A stretch of DNA of 62,962 bases, counting the filler, from Reticulomyxa filosa (lineage: Eukaryota > Protista > Foraminifera): NCBI GenBank assembly GCA_000512085.1. It is 16 parts of 16 records of this genome, joined end to end, with 100 filler letters (N's around TTAATTAATTAA, not from the genome) between each part and the next. Parts side by side here need not be neighbours in the genome. Positions count along the whole stretch, not along the records: positions 24,495 to 28,383 come from ASPP01018911.1; positions 28,484 to 31,069 come from ASPP01041739.1; positions 31,170 to 38,937 come from ASPP01008567.1; 13 more parts are not named here. One strand, 5' to 3'. The translations under genes and the position numbers were made by a program. The notes under the pieces were generated by a model that was not told the DNA's origin, did not search any database, and saw only the letters and a list, made by a program, of their open reading frames with translations. Positions 24,395 to 37,389 of the stretch are shown here, piece by piece. Position 1 is the first letter of the stretch, and the number at the start of each line of letters is the position of its first letter.

Positions 24395-24520
24395 NNNNNN
24401 NNNNNNNNNNNNNNNNNNNNNNNNNNNNNNNNNNNNNNTTAATTAATTAANNNNNNNNNNNNNNNNNNNNNNNNNNNNNNNNNNNNNNNNNNNNTTTTTT
24501 TTTTGTTACTTTGAAAACAG

Positions 24521-24832
24521 TTTCTTGAAAACTTTGACCGGCAAGATAATTACGTTGGATGTAGATCAAGATACAATCCAAAACGTGAAAGCCAAAATCC
24601 AGGACAATGAAGGAATTCCTCCAGACAACAGCAATTGATTTTTGCTAGTAAACAATTGGAAGATGGCCTCACCTTGAGTGACTACAACATTCAAAGGAAA
24701 GAATCTTACATTTGGTTTGCGATTACGTAGTGGTGCTATTAAATGTAAGTTGTGTTTTTGTTTTCCCAATTTCTTTTGTTTTATTGAACGTTTGTGCTAA
24801 TTATTTGAATAGCTTTGTCAAAACTTTGACCC
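24521..24832 (+). pseudogene. Polyubiquitin pseudogene (one degenerate monomer, intron, start of next monomer)
   Basis: [53 protein letters not shown]...RLRSGA, intron 24745-24812, FVKTLT; several indels. Confidence 0.85.
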
Positions 24833-25634
24833 GAAAACCAACTTTAAGATTAAATGCTATGCAAAGCAAAAATTAGTTAACAAAAATGTTAAATATTTGA
24901 AAACTAGAATGTCAAATGTATGTATATCTTATTTTGCATTTTTTTAACAAAGAAGTCAAAATAAAATTGAATAAAAAATACACAAAAAATCTCTTCTAAA
25001 GGAATGGGTATCCTCAAAAATCACTTTAAGAAAAATTTGACATAGAATTTAACTGAAATTTGTCATCCTTTTTCATAAATAAAAAAACTGAAATATGTTT
25101 TTTTTGTTTTATTTTATCTATTTGTTTAACAGGCATTTTTGAAAACAGAAAGAAGTTTATAAACTATGTTGAATATCAGAGTTTTTCCCTAACATGTTGA
25201 AAATGGTTTAAAAAAACTTGAGTTTCATATATCTGTTAATTACTAATTACTAACTGAACACAAGAATACCTTACAAAACTTTTTTACTTGAAAAAAGCTG
25301 TCAAAGACTGTCAATATGTTAGTACTGACAATGATGAAACAAAAAACACTAAAATTGCTGGTAACATTAGCAAAATCAAATCAGCAAGTAGCTCAACAAA
25401 TTGTCCTTTTTTAATGATTAATTCGTGGACAATATTCTATTGTTCATTTTATTCAAAAAATATTGTATTCGATAGTATTCAATTGATAGATGTGTTTGTG
25501 CTGTTGTACTATTGATGGATTTGGAAGTTGTGATATTTTCCAATAGCTTATTCACGCCAATAGATCTGTTATTTGTTGTATTTTCTGTTTTCACTTGGGA
25601 CACATAAATTAATCCAATCAGGAAACAATTTATT

Positions 25635-25730
25635 AAACATTCAAAGATTAATAAAGCAATTGAATATTATAAAAAATCATTAAATAAATTGGAGTATCAT
25701 CATTATGTCATTAGTTTATGAAAATGCATT
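25635..25730 (+). pseudogene. TPR-repeat relic
   Basis: Short block INKAIEYYKKSLNK resembling kinesin-light-chain-type TPR repeats, surrounded by stops. Confidence 0.35.
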
Positions 25731-26275
25731 GTTAATTTACACTCAAAAATTTGATACAGCACGAAAAGTAAAATAAAATTGGAAAATTGTTTGACTATGC
25801 ACATGTATATTCACATCAAGTGAATTGAATAAATCAAACTTAACAAAAACAAATTTGCAAAAATAAATTTGTGATAGTGTTAAAAAAAATTAGGTTTAAA
25901 TTTTGTTTTTTATATAGAAAATTTATCATTTTCATAAGTGGTAGTTTTTTTTGCAATCTAATGCACATTTTATGAAGACATTTTAAAAATTTTCTTTGGT
26001 CTATTTCTGAGTATCTAAAGGTCATTAAAAAATATTAGCAGGTAAATTTTTTTTGTAGTCCTTATATTCACACTAATTTTGATTCATATGTCGTCAATTA
26101 TTGGCAAACCCCTTTATAGAGAAAAAAATTTAACTTTAAATCTTATTTCATATCATTACGCCTAAGAAATTCAACAAAAGTTAAAAAATAATTATCAATG
26201 GTAAGCTTGATTTAACATACTCTTCAAAAAGCTATCTGTCTTTTAAAATTTGATTGTATGTAACTTAAGATAAAT

Positions 26276-27533
26276 CTATCAGAAGAAAAAATTAAAATAA
26301 TAACTAAATATTGGATTCGAATATTAGAAATTAAATTAGGATGGATTCAGGATTTTGATAGACTTGTCGTTGATTATGTTAGTTTATTTGTTTATTTAAG
26401 TATTTTTTGATTATTATTTATGTCATTATTTAATACAGGCGTCTGAATTCTTCCTGCTTGATGCGTTTCGTTCATCGTCTAAATTACTTCAAATATTTTA
26501 TGGACACACAAAATGGGTGAATAGCATTGATTATTCGGCATTCAATGATGGTCAATTCATTTGTTCTGGATCAGAAGATGAAACACTTCGTGTATGGGAT
26601 GTTGAAAACAATGAACAAATTCAATCATTCAATGGACATTTCAATAACGTGGATTGTGTGAAATTTTCACCATATCATTATTATAACAATCGTTGCAATG
26701 TTATTTGTTCTTCATCACACGACATCCATTTTTGGGATTTCAAACATAATAAACAATTAGGAATATTCAATGGACACACTGATGGCATTCGAGGCATTGA
26801 ATTTTCATCATTTAATGGTGGCAGATATTTATGCTCTGGATCATATGACAAAACAGTTCGTTTATGGGATGTTGAAACATCAAAGACATTGCATGTCTTC
26901 AATGGATATGATTGTGTTTTGTGTGTGGGTATTTCACCATTGCAAAGCAATAGTAACAATGATAGCAATAAAAGTAATAGTGTTGGCGTGATTGGTGGTA
27001 ATGGATACACAATTTGTTCTGGATCATATGATACAACTATTCGGATATGGGATATTGAGACAACAAAACAATTGAATATATTCAAAGGACATAAAAATTT
27101 TGTGATGGCCGTAAAATATGGGCCCAATGAATCAGTGAATAGTGGTCGAACAAATACGATATTATCTGGATCATTAGATAAAAGTGTTCGTTTGTGGGAT
27201 ATTCGATCTGATCAACAAATTCAAGTATTCAACGGGCATACAGCATATATATTGGATGTTGAATACTCACCATTTGTAGTAAACAATATTGAAGTTGGTG
27301 ATAGTTCAAGTGTAATATGTTCTGGATCAGAAGATAATACAATTCGATTTTGGGATATTCGATTAAATAAGAAGGAGTTGTACGTGATTAATGGAGATAG
27401 CAAAGAAGATAATGGAATAATATGTCTTAAATTTCTACAATTGAAAAAAAATAGAAAAAGCATTAATGATCGTGGCTATGGCATTAATCTGTGTTATGGC
27501 TCAGGTAACGGCCCAATTCATATTTGGGGATAA
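26276..27533 (+). CDS. WD40-repeat protein of a lineage-expanded family
   Basis: About seven GH...SGS.D..R.WD repeats; upstream exon EEKIKIITKYWIRILEIKLGWIQDFDRLVVDY joined in frame by intron 26378-26438; true start not located. Confidence 0.9.
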
Positions 27534-27743
27534 TATGTTGTTCAAGCATTTTTGTTTTGGCATTAAACATTTGTTTTGCAATTTTCAAGTTCTGTTGATA
27601 CAATCAAGTGAAATGTCTTACTTTTGAATTGGCCAATTTTTAAAATAATCATCACTTTGACAATATAACAACCTCCAAACACAGAATGAATAAAAGAGTA
27701 ATTTTAATAAAATGTTTTACTATATTTTTCGCAAAAAAAATAG

Positions 27744-28070
27744 CTTTATAAAGACTTTGACTGGAAAAACTATTACGTCGGATGTGGAACAAAACGGTAC
27801 AATCCAAAACGTCAAAGCTAAAATCCAAGACAATGATCTTTTTTTTTTGGATCGAACTTTGCGTACGTATACAAATCGTTTTTCAATGAATTGAGAATAG
27901 TTTGTGAAAATCTTGACTGGCAAGATAATCACTTTGGATGTTGAGCCAAATGACAACACCCAAAATGTAAATCAAAAATTCAGTTATGAATGTATTCTTT
28001 CTGAGCAACAACGACTGATCTTTGCCTGAAAGCAATTATAAGATTGGAGAACGTTGAGTGACTACAATTA
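27744..28070 (+). pseudogene. Two degenerate ubiquitin monomers
   Basis: [29 protein letters not shown] and [23 protein letters not shown]...[20 protein letters not shown]; each begins after an AG acceptor; stops and indels. Confidence 0.85.
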
Positions 28071-28941
28071 AAACCTAATGAAGATTGCCATTGTCCAAAA
28101 ATCTGCTATTCAATATTCTCTTTGAACACAAATTGGAGTGTCTTTTGGCTCGTTGCACAAAATTGTATCGGATAGATCGCATTGATCATTATACTTTTAT
28201 GAAATTTTCCAATATCGAACAAAAAGTATGCATATTGTATTAGCTAAATACTTGATTTTGATTTATGTTTGCCATTATACTGTCTTCATTATTATACCAT
28301 TTGTAATACAAAACGCAATAAATAATTTAGTCAAAGTTGTAAATAAAAATCTATACTTAAAAATTATTCAAATGATGCAAAAGNNNNNNNNNNNNNNNNN
28401 NNNNNNNNNNNNNNNNNNNNNNNNNNNTTAATTAATTAANNNNNNNNNNNNNNNNNNNNNNNNNNNNNNNNNNNNNNNNNNNNTCAATTTCATATTTTAG
28501 GGATTGAGATAAACTTTGTTTATCCTATTTGGAAAGATAAAATGGCTTCGTAAGCAAGCTTCAATTGTTGTTTTCTTTTTCATTTCGCAAGACAGCAAAT
28601 GAAAACGTGCTTTGTTTGATGAAATTTTGTTATGTTGGGCTACCCTGAGCGTAGCTTTTTTTTTTGGGACTCCATTCAAATCGCGTGGCAAAATGTTTAG
28701 TGAAAATAATATTGTTTTTTTAAACAATCAAAAAAAGGCTTCAAAATTTTGTTAAAAATTATGAAAGATACAAGGCTAATTCTTTTTTTAAAAGTATTTA
28801 CGTGCTTGAAGATTCTTAAAATGAAAACAAAAAGATTAAAAAATTTCTTATTTTCAATACAGGTTCAATTTATATGGACCCCTTCGAAATTTTTAAAAAT
28901 CATTGAAAAAATCATATTTTTGATCAACCTAGGAAAAACTT

Positions 28942-29022
28942 ATCATAAAACCAATTTTATATTTAAAACTGCAAGATTAGCAGATATTTTTTAAAAAAAT
29001 TAGGTTTAAATCTTTATTTTTT
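28942..29022. mobile_element. Truncated MITE arm (subfamily A subterminal block, terminus lost)
   Basis: Closely matches positions 1-83 (ATAAAACCAATTT..ATATTTAAAACT.CAAGATTAG.AGATATTTTTTAAAAAAATTAGGTTTAAATCTTTATTTTT). Confidence 0.7.
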
Positions 29023-29324
29023 AAAAAAACAAAGAATGATAATTTGGATTGACAATATGAAGGAACATTAAATCATTTTCCAAATTTACATAAAATGATG
29101 GAAGGACCATTTTTACTTCGGATGATATTAACCATATTACCACCATTAATGAAATAACACTCAATTGGAACTAAAATATCAAAAGCACAAGTTTATGAAA
29201 TCCAATGGACAATGGATTGATATTCATGTTAACAATATTGTAAATAAATTATCAGGGAGGATGAGATTAAAAACTGACGATGGGATTGGATGGAGGGGGG
29301 GATAAAAATGAATAAAAATATAAA

Positions 29325-29969
29325 CAACCAGTCAAAGAATGGCCGAAATGTGATGTATTGTGTGCGTATTTTAGCGATGGTTTTCCATGGAAAAAAGGCA
29401 TTGGATTACGTGCAATTGCATAATATGCAATGTATAAATGACTTGTTCTCCCAACACATAATAAGGAACCGCCGAGCAGTATAAAAGAGCTCTTGGTCAA
29501 AAACAATATTCACCACAAAATATGCATTATTAGATCGAACAGTATCTGGATAGTATGTATAATAATATGTAATGTCAAGCATATCCACAAAGGTTGCTTG
29601 TTTGGATGATAGAAAATGATAGAATATGACGACAAGATAATAGTGAACGGGACAGAGATACACAAACCATTTGTGGAAAAGCCGCTGGACGCGGAAGATC
29701 AAAATGTGTGGATATATTGGAAAGGCGGAGCCTGTCGCTGTCTGTTCCGAAAAGTGCAAGACAAGAGCAGCGAAGCGAGCGATCGCTCGTGCATTCGCTG
29801 CGAGGGAAACTATTTATATGAAGAAATGATCACAAGCAAAATGACATCAAAGTGTACACGGTGGGCCGTAATTACATGCATGCCGAAAAAAGAAAGCCGC
29901 CGACCAGAGATGGGATTGTCAAGAGAGATCCTTTTAATAAAGAAGTGTGATACAAGTGTCGAGCCACGG
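29325..29969 (+). pseudogene. PPIP5K: Vip1/PPIP5K inositol-pyrophosphate kinase domain pseudogene
   Basis: [85 protein letters not shown]; frameshifts ~29390 and ~29835, stops at 29482 and ~29948. Confidence 0.85.
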
Positions 29970-31423
29970 TATTCATATGTATATGTATACATATAATAAA
30001 AAAATTTCAAACAAATGCAATTATTTTTTTTTATTCGTAATATATACAAATTTATAGAAGATATGAATTGTTTATAATAATTTTCATTAATGTGTTGGTA
30101 CAATTGCCTTGAACAGGTTATGCCTCAAAGCATATTAAAGTACACTTATTTGTATGCTGTACTTATAATTCAACAGATCAAATGCATTAGATGATAAATG
30201 TTAAAATAATTTTGGTTTTATTTCATAATCATTAAATTTATTTACTTCATTTTTTGAGTTTTTTTATTTTAAAAACGGAAATAGATTGACAAATTAAAAA
30301 AATAAACAAATGAGATATATGAATATTTGAATATACAGGACAAAATATGTCACCCCTTTTTCAGAATCTACAGCAAATTGATCTTTGCACAATTCATTTA
30401 AGAGATTTGATAATCTGCTTGTTTGTAAAAATGAAATTATGTTATATGTTCATTACACGATTCATTTATCCCAATGAAAAAACATTGAACAAGAACGACC
30501 CTAAATTCAATGATCCAGTTTGTAAACTATTGATGGGGATTGTTCAAAATGAGTTTAAAAAAAATATTCAAATTACACATTTATAATTTTGAGTAAACTA
30601 AAAATTAACAAAAAAAAATTCTTGTTGACTCCAAAAAAGTTTTTTTTACAAGTCTTTTTATGGAGAAACAAAAATTTCTTTGTAGCAAAGAAGCAAAGAT
30701 ACTAAGAAATTAGAAGTTATTCCAAGTTTCAACAAGCCCTTCATTTTCTTTCACCAATTAACTTGTATTCTCTTGTATAAATAATGGATACTTGTAATCC
30801 AAAGCAAATGTTCTTTCAAATCAAAAATAAATTGAAAAAATTATGTCTTATTGTTGTGATGTCTTAATATTTTACAAAATAAAACACTTATTTCTCATTA
30901 CAAAATTTATATTTATTAAATAAAACAAATTTATTTCAATTTTTTATTGGTCCTTCGTCAGCATAAAAAAAAAAAGTTAAAAAGAATCTTTTTCATCATC
31001 TTTGTATCATCAAAGATCATCTCAAGGAAAAAAGATACTTTAGCTTAGTAATGAAAGTTTCGTTTAAGTNNNNNNNNNNNNNNNNNNNNNNNNNNNNNNN
31101 NNNNNNNNNNNNNTTAATTAATTAANNNNNNNNNNNNNNNNNNNNNNNNNNNNNNNNNNNNNNNNNNNNAAAGGGGAAAAAATTATTAAGAAGAGTTTTT
31201 CTGTTGTTCCTTTAAAAGCAGTAGAGAGAGCTTATTCTTTGAAAAATTTTTAAAACAAATATATTTTGAAGAAAAATTTGATTGCATTTGTCAGGAATTA
31301 AAATATTGATTGGCAAACTGTTTTTTGCTTCAACACTTAATGCTGATTGTCGAACCGCCTTTTTTGGTCACAACTGAATTTTGGGATTAACTTTAGGATA
31401 TTTTTAAAAAAAGTATAATTTTA

Positions 31424-34302
31424 ATGTCAGAAGAGAAACAAGAAAATGGTGATGACCAATTGAATGAAAGGGCCAATTCTTCGTCAAGATCGACATTACA
31501 AAAATCAAAGAAAAAAACGTCTTCAACAAGAGGCTCTGCAACAAAAGCAAGCAAAGGAAAGGAGAAAACGGAAAGTAAAATGGCACAATATTTAAAGTGG
31601 CAAAAGCAATTTTGTGTGAATACAAAACCGACAAAGGAGTACAAACTCGCAACAGACAAAGCAGAGGAATATTTATCCTATTTGAAATGGCAAAACTGTG
31701 TTCCGTATATGTACGACCAATTGGTGATGTACCCTCTGCCATATCCATCGCAAAGCGTGCAATGGGCCCCCGCCATATCCGAGCAGTTGGATCACCCTTG
31801 TTACCACTCTTTAATCCTTACGAGTAAGACTCACGTCGCCAAAGAGGAGACCACGACTACTCGAAAGAGTAGATCCCACTCCAACTCGAGTGATAACAAC
31901 CTCTACGACTCCAAATCTGTCTCACCTGTCAATACTAGCAAAACAATTATGGAGGAGAGATTTTATTTGCAAAACGTCCACTTTCATCTCCATAGTCGTC
32001 ACTGCAATTGTCACTACGAGTTGCGCGCGTACATACATGCGCACATACATGCGCACATACGTATACATATATATACATATATATATATATATATGTAAAT
32101 ATGCAGCCACTACATGCATGCATACAGACACGTATACACACGCACACACACACACACAAAATGAAAAAGCTTTGTTGAATGTCATTGTCGTTATGTTTGT
32201 GCAACAAAAAAAGAGCAAACGATGAAAATGAAATAAGCCCGGCGGCAACAATATCAGGATCATGGTCGTTTTCATATTACGATGTAAGACGTATGCGAAT
32301 AATGAAACAAGCACCTCATTTGATCGCCACTCGCACCGACCAGAAAGACATTGCGTTGTATCGATTGAACTACTTGTTCCGAAACGCCGTGAGCGCGGAC
32401 ACAGGCGCGAGCGCAAAGGAATACGCGTGCGCCTGTGGCGTGGTGGAGCATTGGAAGAATGAAAACGAGAGCACGTTGGAGCCTCCTTGCAAACGTGCAA
32501 AAATCGTCACTGATTATACGTCCACGCACGCACGCAGAGCGACGTACATGCAGAGACTGAATGTGTCATGGACGGAAAACTGCATCGGAGAGTGCTATAG
32601 TGACCACACGATCAATCCGAGTTTGCAAATGAAAACAAAAACGGATCGAAGTGGAAATCGAGGTTGCGGATCGATGCTCGGAATGTTGTCAGGAAATCCG
32701 CAATTCCAAAAGATTAATAAGACTGGCGTCGGTTTGCAATGGAACGAGGTTAACGCTGGTATTTTATTGGCTGGGAATGCGATGGACATATTGTCGAATG
32801 GGACATTGAAAAATTTGCTCAAACCATTGTCAAAAAAAGTAAAGACTCGATTGAAGATGACAACGACGATGAACTTCATCTCGATGATGAGCAATGTTCC
32901 AATCATTCTTTGAAACAACTCGTTTAAAAAAAAAGAAAGAAATTTTTACAGAAATTTCTTGTACTATTTCAAATATATAAATAATATATATATGTACATA
33001 TATATCTTTTTTTTTTTATGTGTGTGAAAATGGGGATGAAAGGATCCTTGCAACGTGTATAAATTGAATGAAAATGCATCGAAGCGTAGCGTGACGAATA
33101 TCGAGTGGTTAAAAGATTCCAGCGACATCTTTGCGACAGTGTCGAGTGGCTCCGATCTAAACTTGTGGGATCGTCGCTCGAACACCAAAGGCCCGATCCG
33201 AAGCGTGATCTCCAGTTCCGAGAGCAAAGAGCTGCTGGGTCTATCTTGGAATCCACAGCTGAAGCATTTGATCGCAGCCGGCGGCTATGATGGCGAGTTG
33301 CGTATTTGGGATATCCGAAAGCTGCTAAAGCCGATGGACACGTACAAAGCACACAAGTCGAGACTCTATCATTGTCAATGGTGTCCTTATTACCCCTCCG
33401 TCATCGCGTCTTGTGGACAAGATAAACTAGTCAATCTGTATGACATACGTCATCCCAGTGCTTACTCCAATTCTCGTCCGGACCCGTCCCTCACTCCAAA
33501 CTATTTGGCCTTGTTCTTCACTCACATGGGACATTGTGCACCCGTTACCGAACTCGATTGGTGTCCCAAGTACCAGAACTTTACCATTGCTTCCACCGAC
33601 TTGGACGGGGTGGTCCAAGTGTGGACTCCGATTGCCGGCATTGTCAATCCTCTGCCTCTCCTTGCCTCCGTCCATTCGCGTGCTCCTGTCGACATGCTCT
33701 GCCCCCAAAATAATGGAGCCACTCCTAATCTCAATGTCCCATCGGGATCACATCCCCTCTTCTCTTCTCCTCTTAATGCTACCACAACAGTATCAAAGGA
33801 GAGGGACTCCAAAGTGCAAATGAGCTCAGATCCTCTGTCGATGTCGACACCGACAACCACCTCTGTCAATGATCACATGAAATTGCCTTTCTCCGTCGAT
33901 GGATTTGAGTGCCATTCTTCGTCCTTGGGAATGTCAAATTGTTCCAGTCCGAGTGATTCACTCCAGATGATTGAGGCGAGTGGAGTGAGTCTCCCCTGCT
34001 CTAGCACCAATTCCGAGCGCATTAATCTATCATTCTCCACGCCGCAAACGTCTACAGATACTCCCGGACATACTTGGACTTTATTTGGCAATACGAATAC
34101 CGACTCCAATAGTCGTGCTAGCAGCAATGATGCCTCTATTTTCCATCCCAATTTAATCACTCCACAACACGAAAGACAACCGCCTAACATGTCCACTCCA
34201 TTTTTGCCTCATCACTTGTCGTCCTCGAACAATGTCAATACTCCTGTGTTGAAAACCCCACAATACCGAGATGACAATCATTTGAATGCTCAGTCATTGT
34301 GA
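31424..34302 (+). CDS. RBBP4/RbAp48/MSI1-like histone-binding WD40 protein (3 exons)
   Basis: CAF1C/H4-binding segment YLKWQNCVPYMYDQLVMYPLPYPSQSVQW, HLIATRT, GLQWN..AGILLAG..DGHIVEWDI, LFFTHMGHCAPVTELDW; introns ~32028-32213 and ~32922-33042; 1-nt frameshift in the GGG run at ~32774, probably a homopolymer error. Confidence 0.85.
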
Positions 34303-34989
34303 TTTTTTTTCTCTCTCAAAAATACATAAAATGATAGCAAAATCATCAATCCATCTTTTTGTTCCTAACACGTCATTTTTTAAAAACAAAATTAATTTAA
34401 TTTTTGTTGACTTTTTTAAATTTTATTACATATTCACACTGTGCTTTTTTTCTTTCCTCTCTTATTTCTTTGTTACTTGGGTCCCTTTTTTGTTGTTATT
34501 GCAGTCAGACCAGGCATCATTTTGCTTAACTTTTTGGCAAATGGCTGCTTGTGTAGGGGAGAAATTGGAATGTGTCCACTTTGTTGAACGGCTAAACAAA
34601 AACTTTTCACAATGCAAAAAATTCCTTTTTCATGGCAATATGTTGCTTTTATCAATAAAAAAAATTTAGACTACAACATCCGCAACTTGACCGAAAGTTG
34701 TTTTGAAAGAGGACAAACCAAAGTCAAGTATCTTACTTCGACATCAAACAAGATTTGAAGTTCATTTTGAAAAAATTATGTCCGAAATTACACGAAAAAT
34801 ATATAGTCAAAGCTGAACAATTGAAAAATTATATTTTATACAATTAACAGTTATTGTATTTTCCTTCGACAATTAGTGTAAAATTAAATGAAATGTTTTT
34901 TTTTATCGAAATCAGACACTTCATTAAGAAATGACTATGCTTCTTTAAGGTCTTGTAGAATTGTCTTTGTGAATTTGTGTTGATTGGTT

Positions 34990-36430
34990 TCAATACATTC
35001 ATTTACCTAATGTCGATTCCGCTATGCAGTAAATGACTTATTTAATCTGTGATTATTTAGAAATGACGCTGATTTATCTATAATTTGTATATATAATGTT
35101 GTTTCGATTCTGCAGTTCTTCGTAATATCTTTGCAACAATATACTACGTTCGTTTCCAGGTATTCCTGAATATCCTTTAATCCAATATATTTCAGTCTAA
35201 AGTATTGATAATTTGTTGTCAATCTCCAATTTGGTATTTTTATTCTTCAGAATTACATTTATTCATCATGACAAATTTACAATCACACAGAATAATCGCA
35301 CGAGATTTGCTCTGATTATAGTTCTTGCTAACATACTTGAATACTTGTTTCATCTCTTTGATTTCAAAACTATAATTTGTAGTGATCCCACCATTTGATA
35401 TTCACATTCCAACCATTGTGATTGTGACATGCCTTGAATCAACAATCCTGCAAATTCGAATTCAGTGTTGTGAAATATACTTCTATCGCAGTATATCACA
35501 ACACAGTCATCTGTAAAAGACATCAATATTTGGTCTGTTGTTGGCTCACTTGTCTTTGCGAATGGTGATCTTTTAGATTGTGTGAATGTTTTTAATTTCA
35601 TTGGGTGAGTTTTGACTTGTATTTGCTGATCATGTTATACTTCATTGATGTTTAATTCACATGTATGGATACAATCACGATACAACGTTGATAATTTACA
35701 TGTCAATGTGATTTAATTGGAATTAGGGTCAGTTTATGCTTTTCCACATTCGATAAGCTTGAACTAAATTGTGATTATGAAATCTTCATGACTATTTAAT
35801 ACATCGTTGATACATCTTCACTTCTTGTTGTTGCCGTTCAATTCAAGTTAATGAATTTGATATATGACATTAACTATATCATACAAAGTCGTATGCATTA
35901 ATACAAAAATCCTACACATTGTAATTCTTTGGATCATTTGCAATCTCATTTTATAAACTTCTGCTGCGCCATTCCAAAATGTACAGTCATATTATATATA
36001 ATGACGAATTATTGTCTTGAATATTAATGTATATACTTATAGTGACAGTCTAATTCCTTTGTAAGAACACAAGTAAGTCAACTACACTAGTTTACTAGTA
36101 GTCTTTACATATACTTAATTGATATGTCGTTTATAACTAAGTTGCGAATCAATGATCAACACTAAATACTTGACATTATCTGTCACTGTTATTGATTCTA
36201 CATCCAGATTAAGTTGGAGTTTGTGAAATTTCTTTTGTTCTTATTTCTAAAGTTGATAGATTGAATCTTTTCTGGAGCAAGGACCATTTTCCACATATTT
36301 GCACACAAACAAATATTATTCAATCCATGTTGTATTAGATCCATTTAACCTTGCATTTCGTTTGTATCACTTGTAAATATTGAGCTCCACATTGCAATAT
36401 CATCAGCGAACAGACAATTGTTCCATAGCG
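34990..36430 (-). mobile_element. Decayed non-LTR retrotransposon (LINE) with RT and RNase H
   Basis: Minus-strand LFADDIAMW (FADD at 36410-36399), VKYLVLIIDSQLSYKRHI (~36175-36121), RNase H VVIYCD (~35500), IILCDC and YWIKGYSGIPGNER (35187-35146); many stops and frameshifts. Confidence 0.85.
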
Positions 36431-37389
36431 CTAGAATTCTTTGTCATATTCTTTCGTGTGCTGTTATTATTTATTTCGTCGTTTTCCTTCGGAAATTTTC
36501 CGTTGAAAATTTCAGCCAACAATATTTCCAAAACTAAACTTCAAATCTTCAAAGAGTCGAAGTATTTTGACAGTTCCAACTCTAATAACATTCAAAAAAG
36601 CAACTTTTTCAGTAAGTTGAAATAATGATGAATGAACTAAAAAATTTTTATTTTTTTAAATGAAATGTCAATAGCTTATCCTGAATACAAGAAAAACAGT
36701 AGTTAGTAGAATAAATCTAAACGAAAAAATATAATATATCAAAGTTGAATTAACAATTAAATGCCACAAGACCAAAACTCTTTATAAATATTTAACAATA
36801 CTTCAGTTGTATATTCAATAAATCAAATCTGAAGAATATTATTGGATAAAACAAAAGAAATCATTGCGTATTGGACTTATCAATATCATAGTTTTAAATT
36901 ATAATTATCAAGTTCAAAAACAAAATCGTAAAGAACAAAAACAGCAATAAATTGAAAGATCAAATTAAGAAAATAAGAAAATTATGTGAAGATAGAATTA
37001 ATTGTTTAAATTATATTAATAGAAACTATATTATACCAATATTACGACGTTGAAGAAAATATTTAAATCAGATAAATGTGATTGTTTAAAACTTAATCTA
37101 AATGTAATATAAATTAAATGTACCAAAACAGAAGCAGTTGAATTTGACTATATTTCCTGCTTTATTTCAAAGATTACACATCCATTTTCAAAATATTGGA
37201 AAAGCAAATTGTTTCTTTTTTGGATAAATGATAATTTCCTTTTAATTTTTTGTTGAAATTTTGGAAAACAAAAAAATCTTTGTCAAACAGTTGTTTTCCC
37301 TTAAATTTAGTTCAGCAAGTTTTTTTAAATTGTTATTATTTGTTAGACAAGAAGATTTCAAACTGAAGCTGTCTACAAGATTAGTTCAC

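Noticed and set aside
18221-24750. Bacterial rRNA/feo region appearing integrated between eukaryotic genes (HGT or NUMT-like)
   Set aside because: Both borders are linkers; no bacterial-eukaryotic junction is present in real sequence
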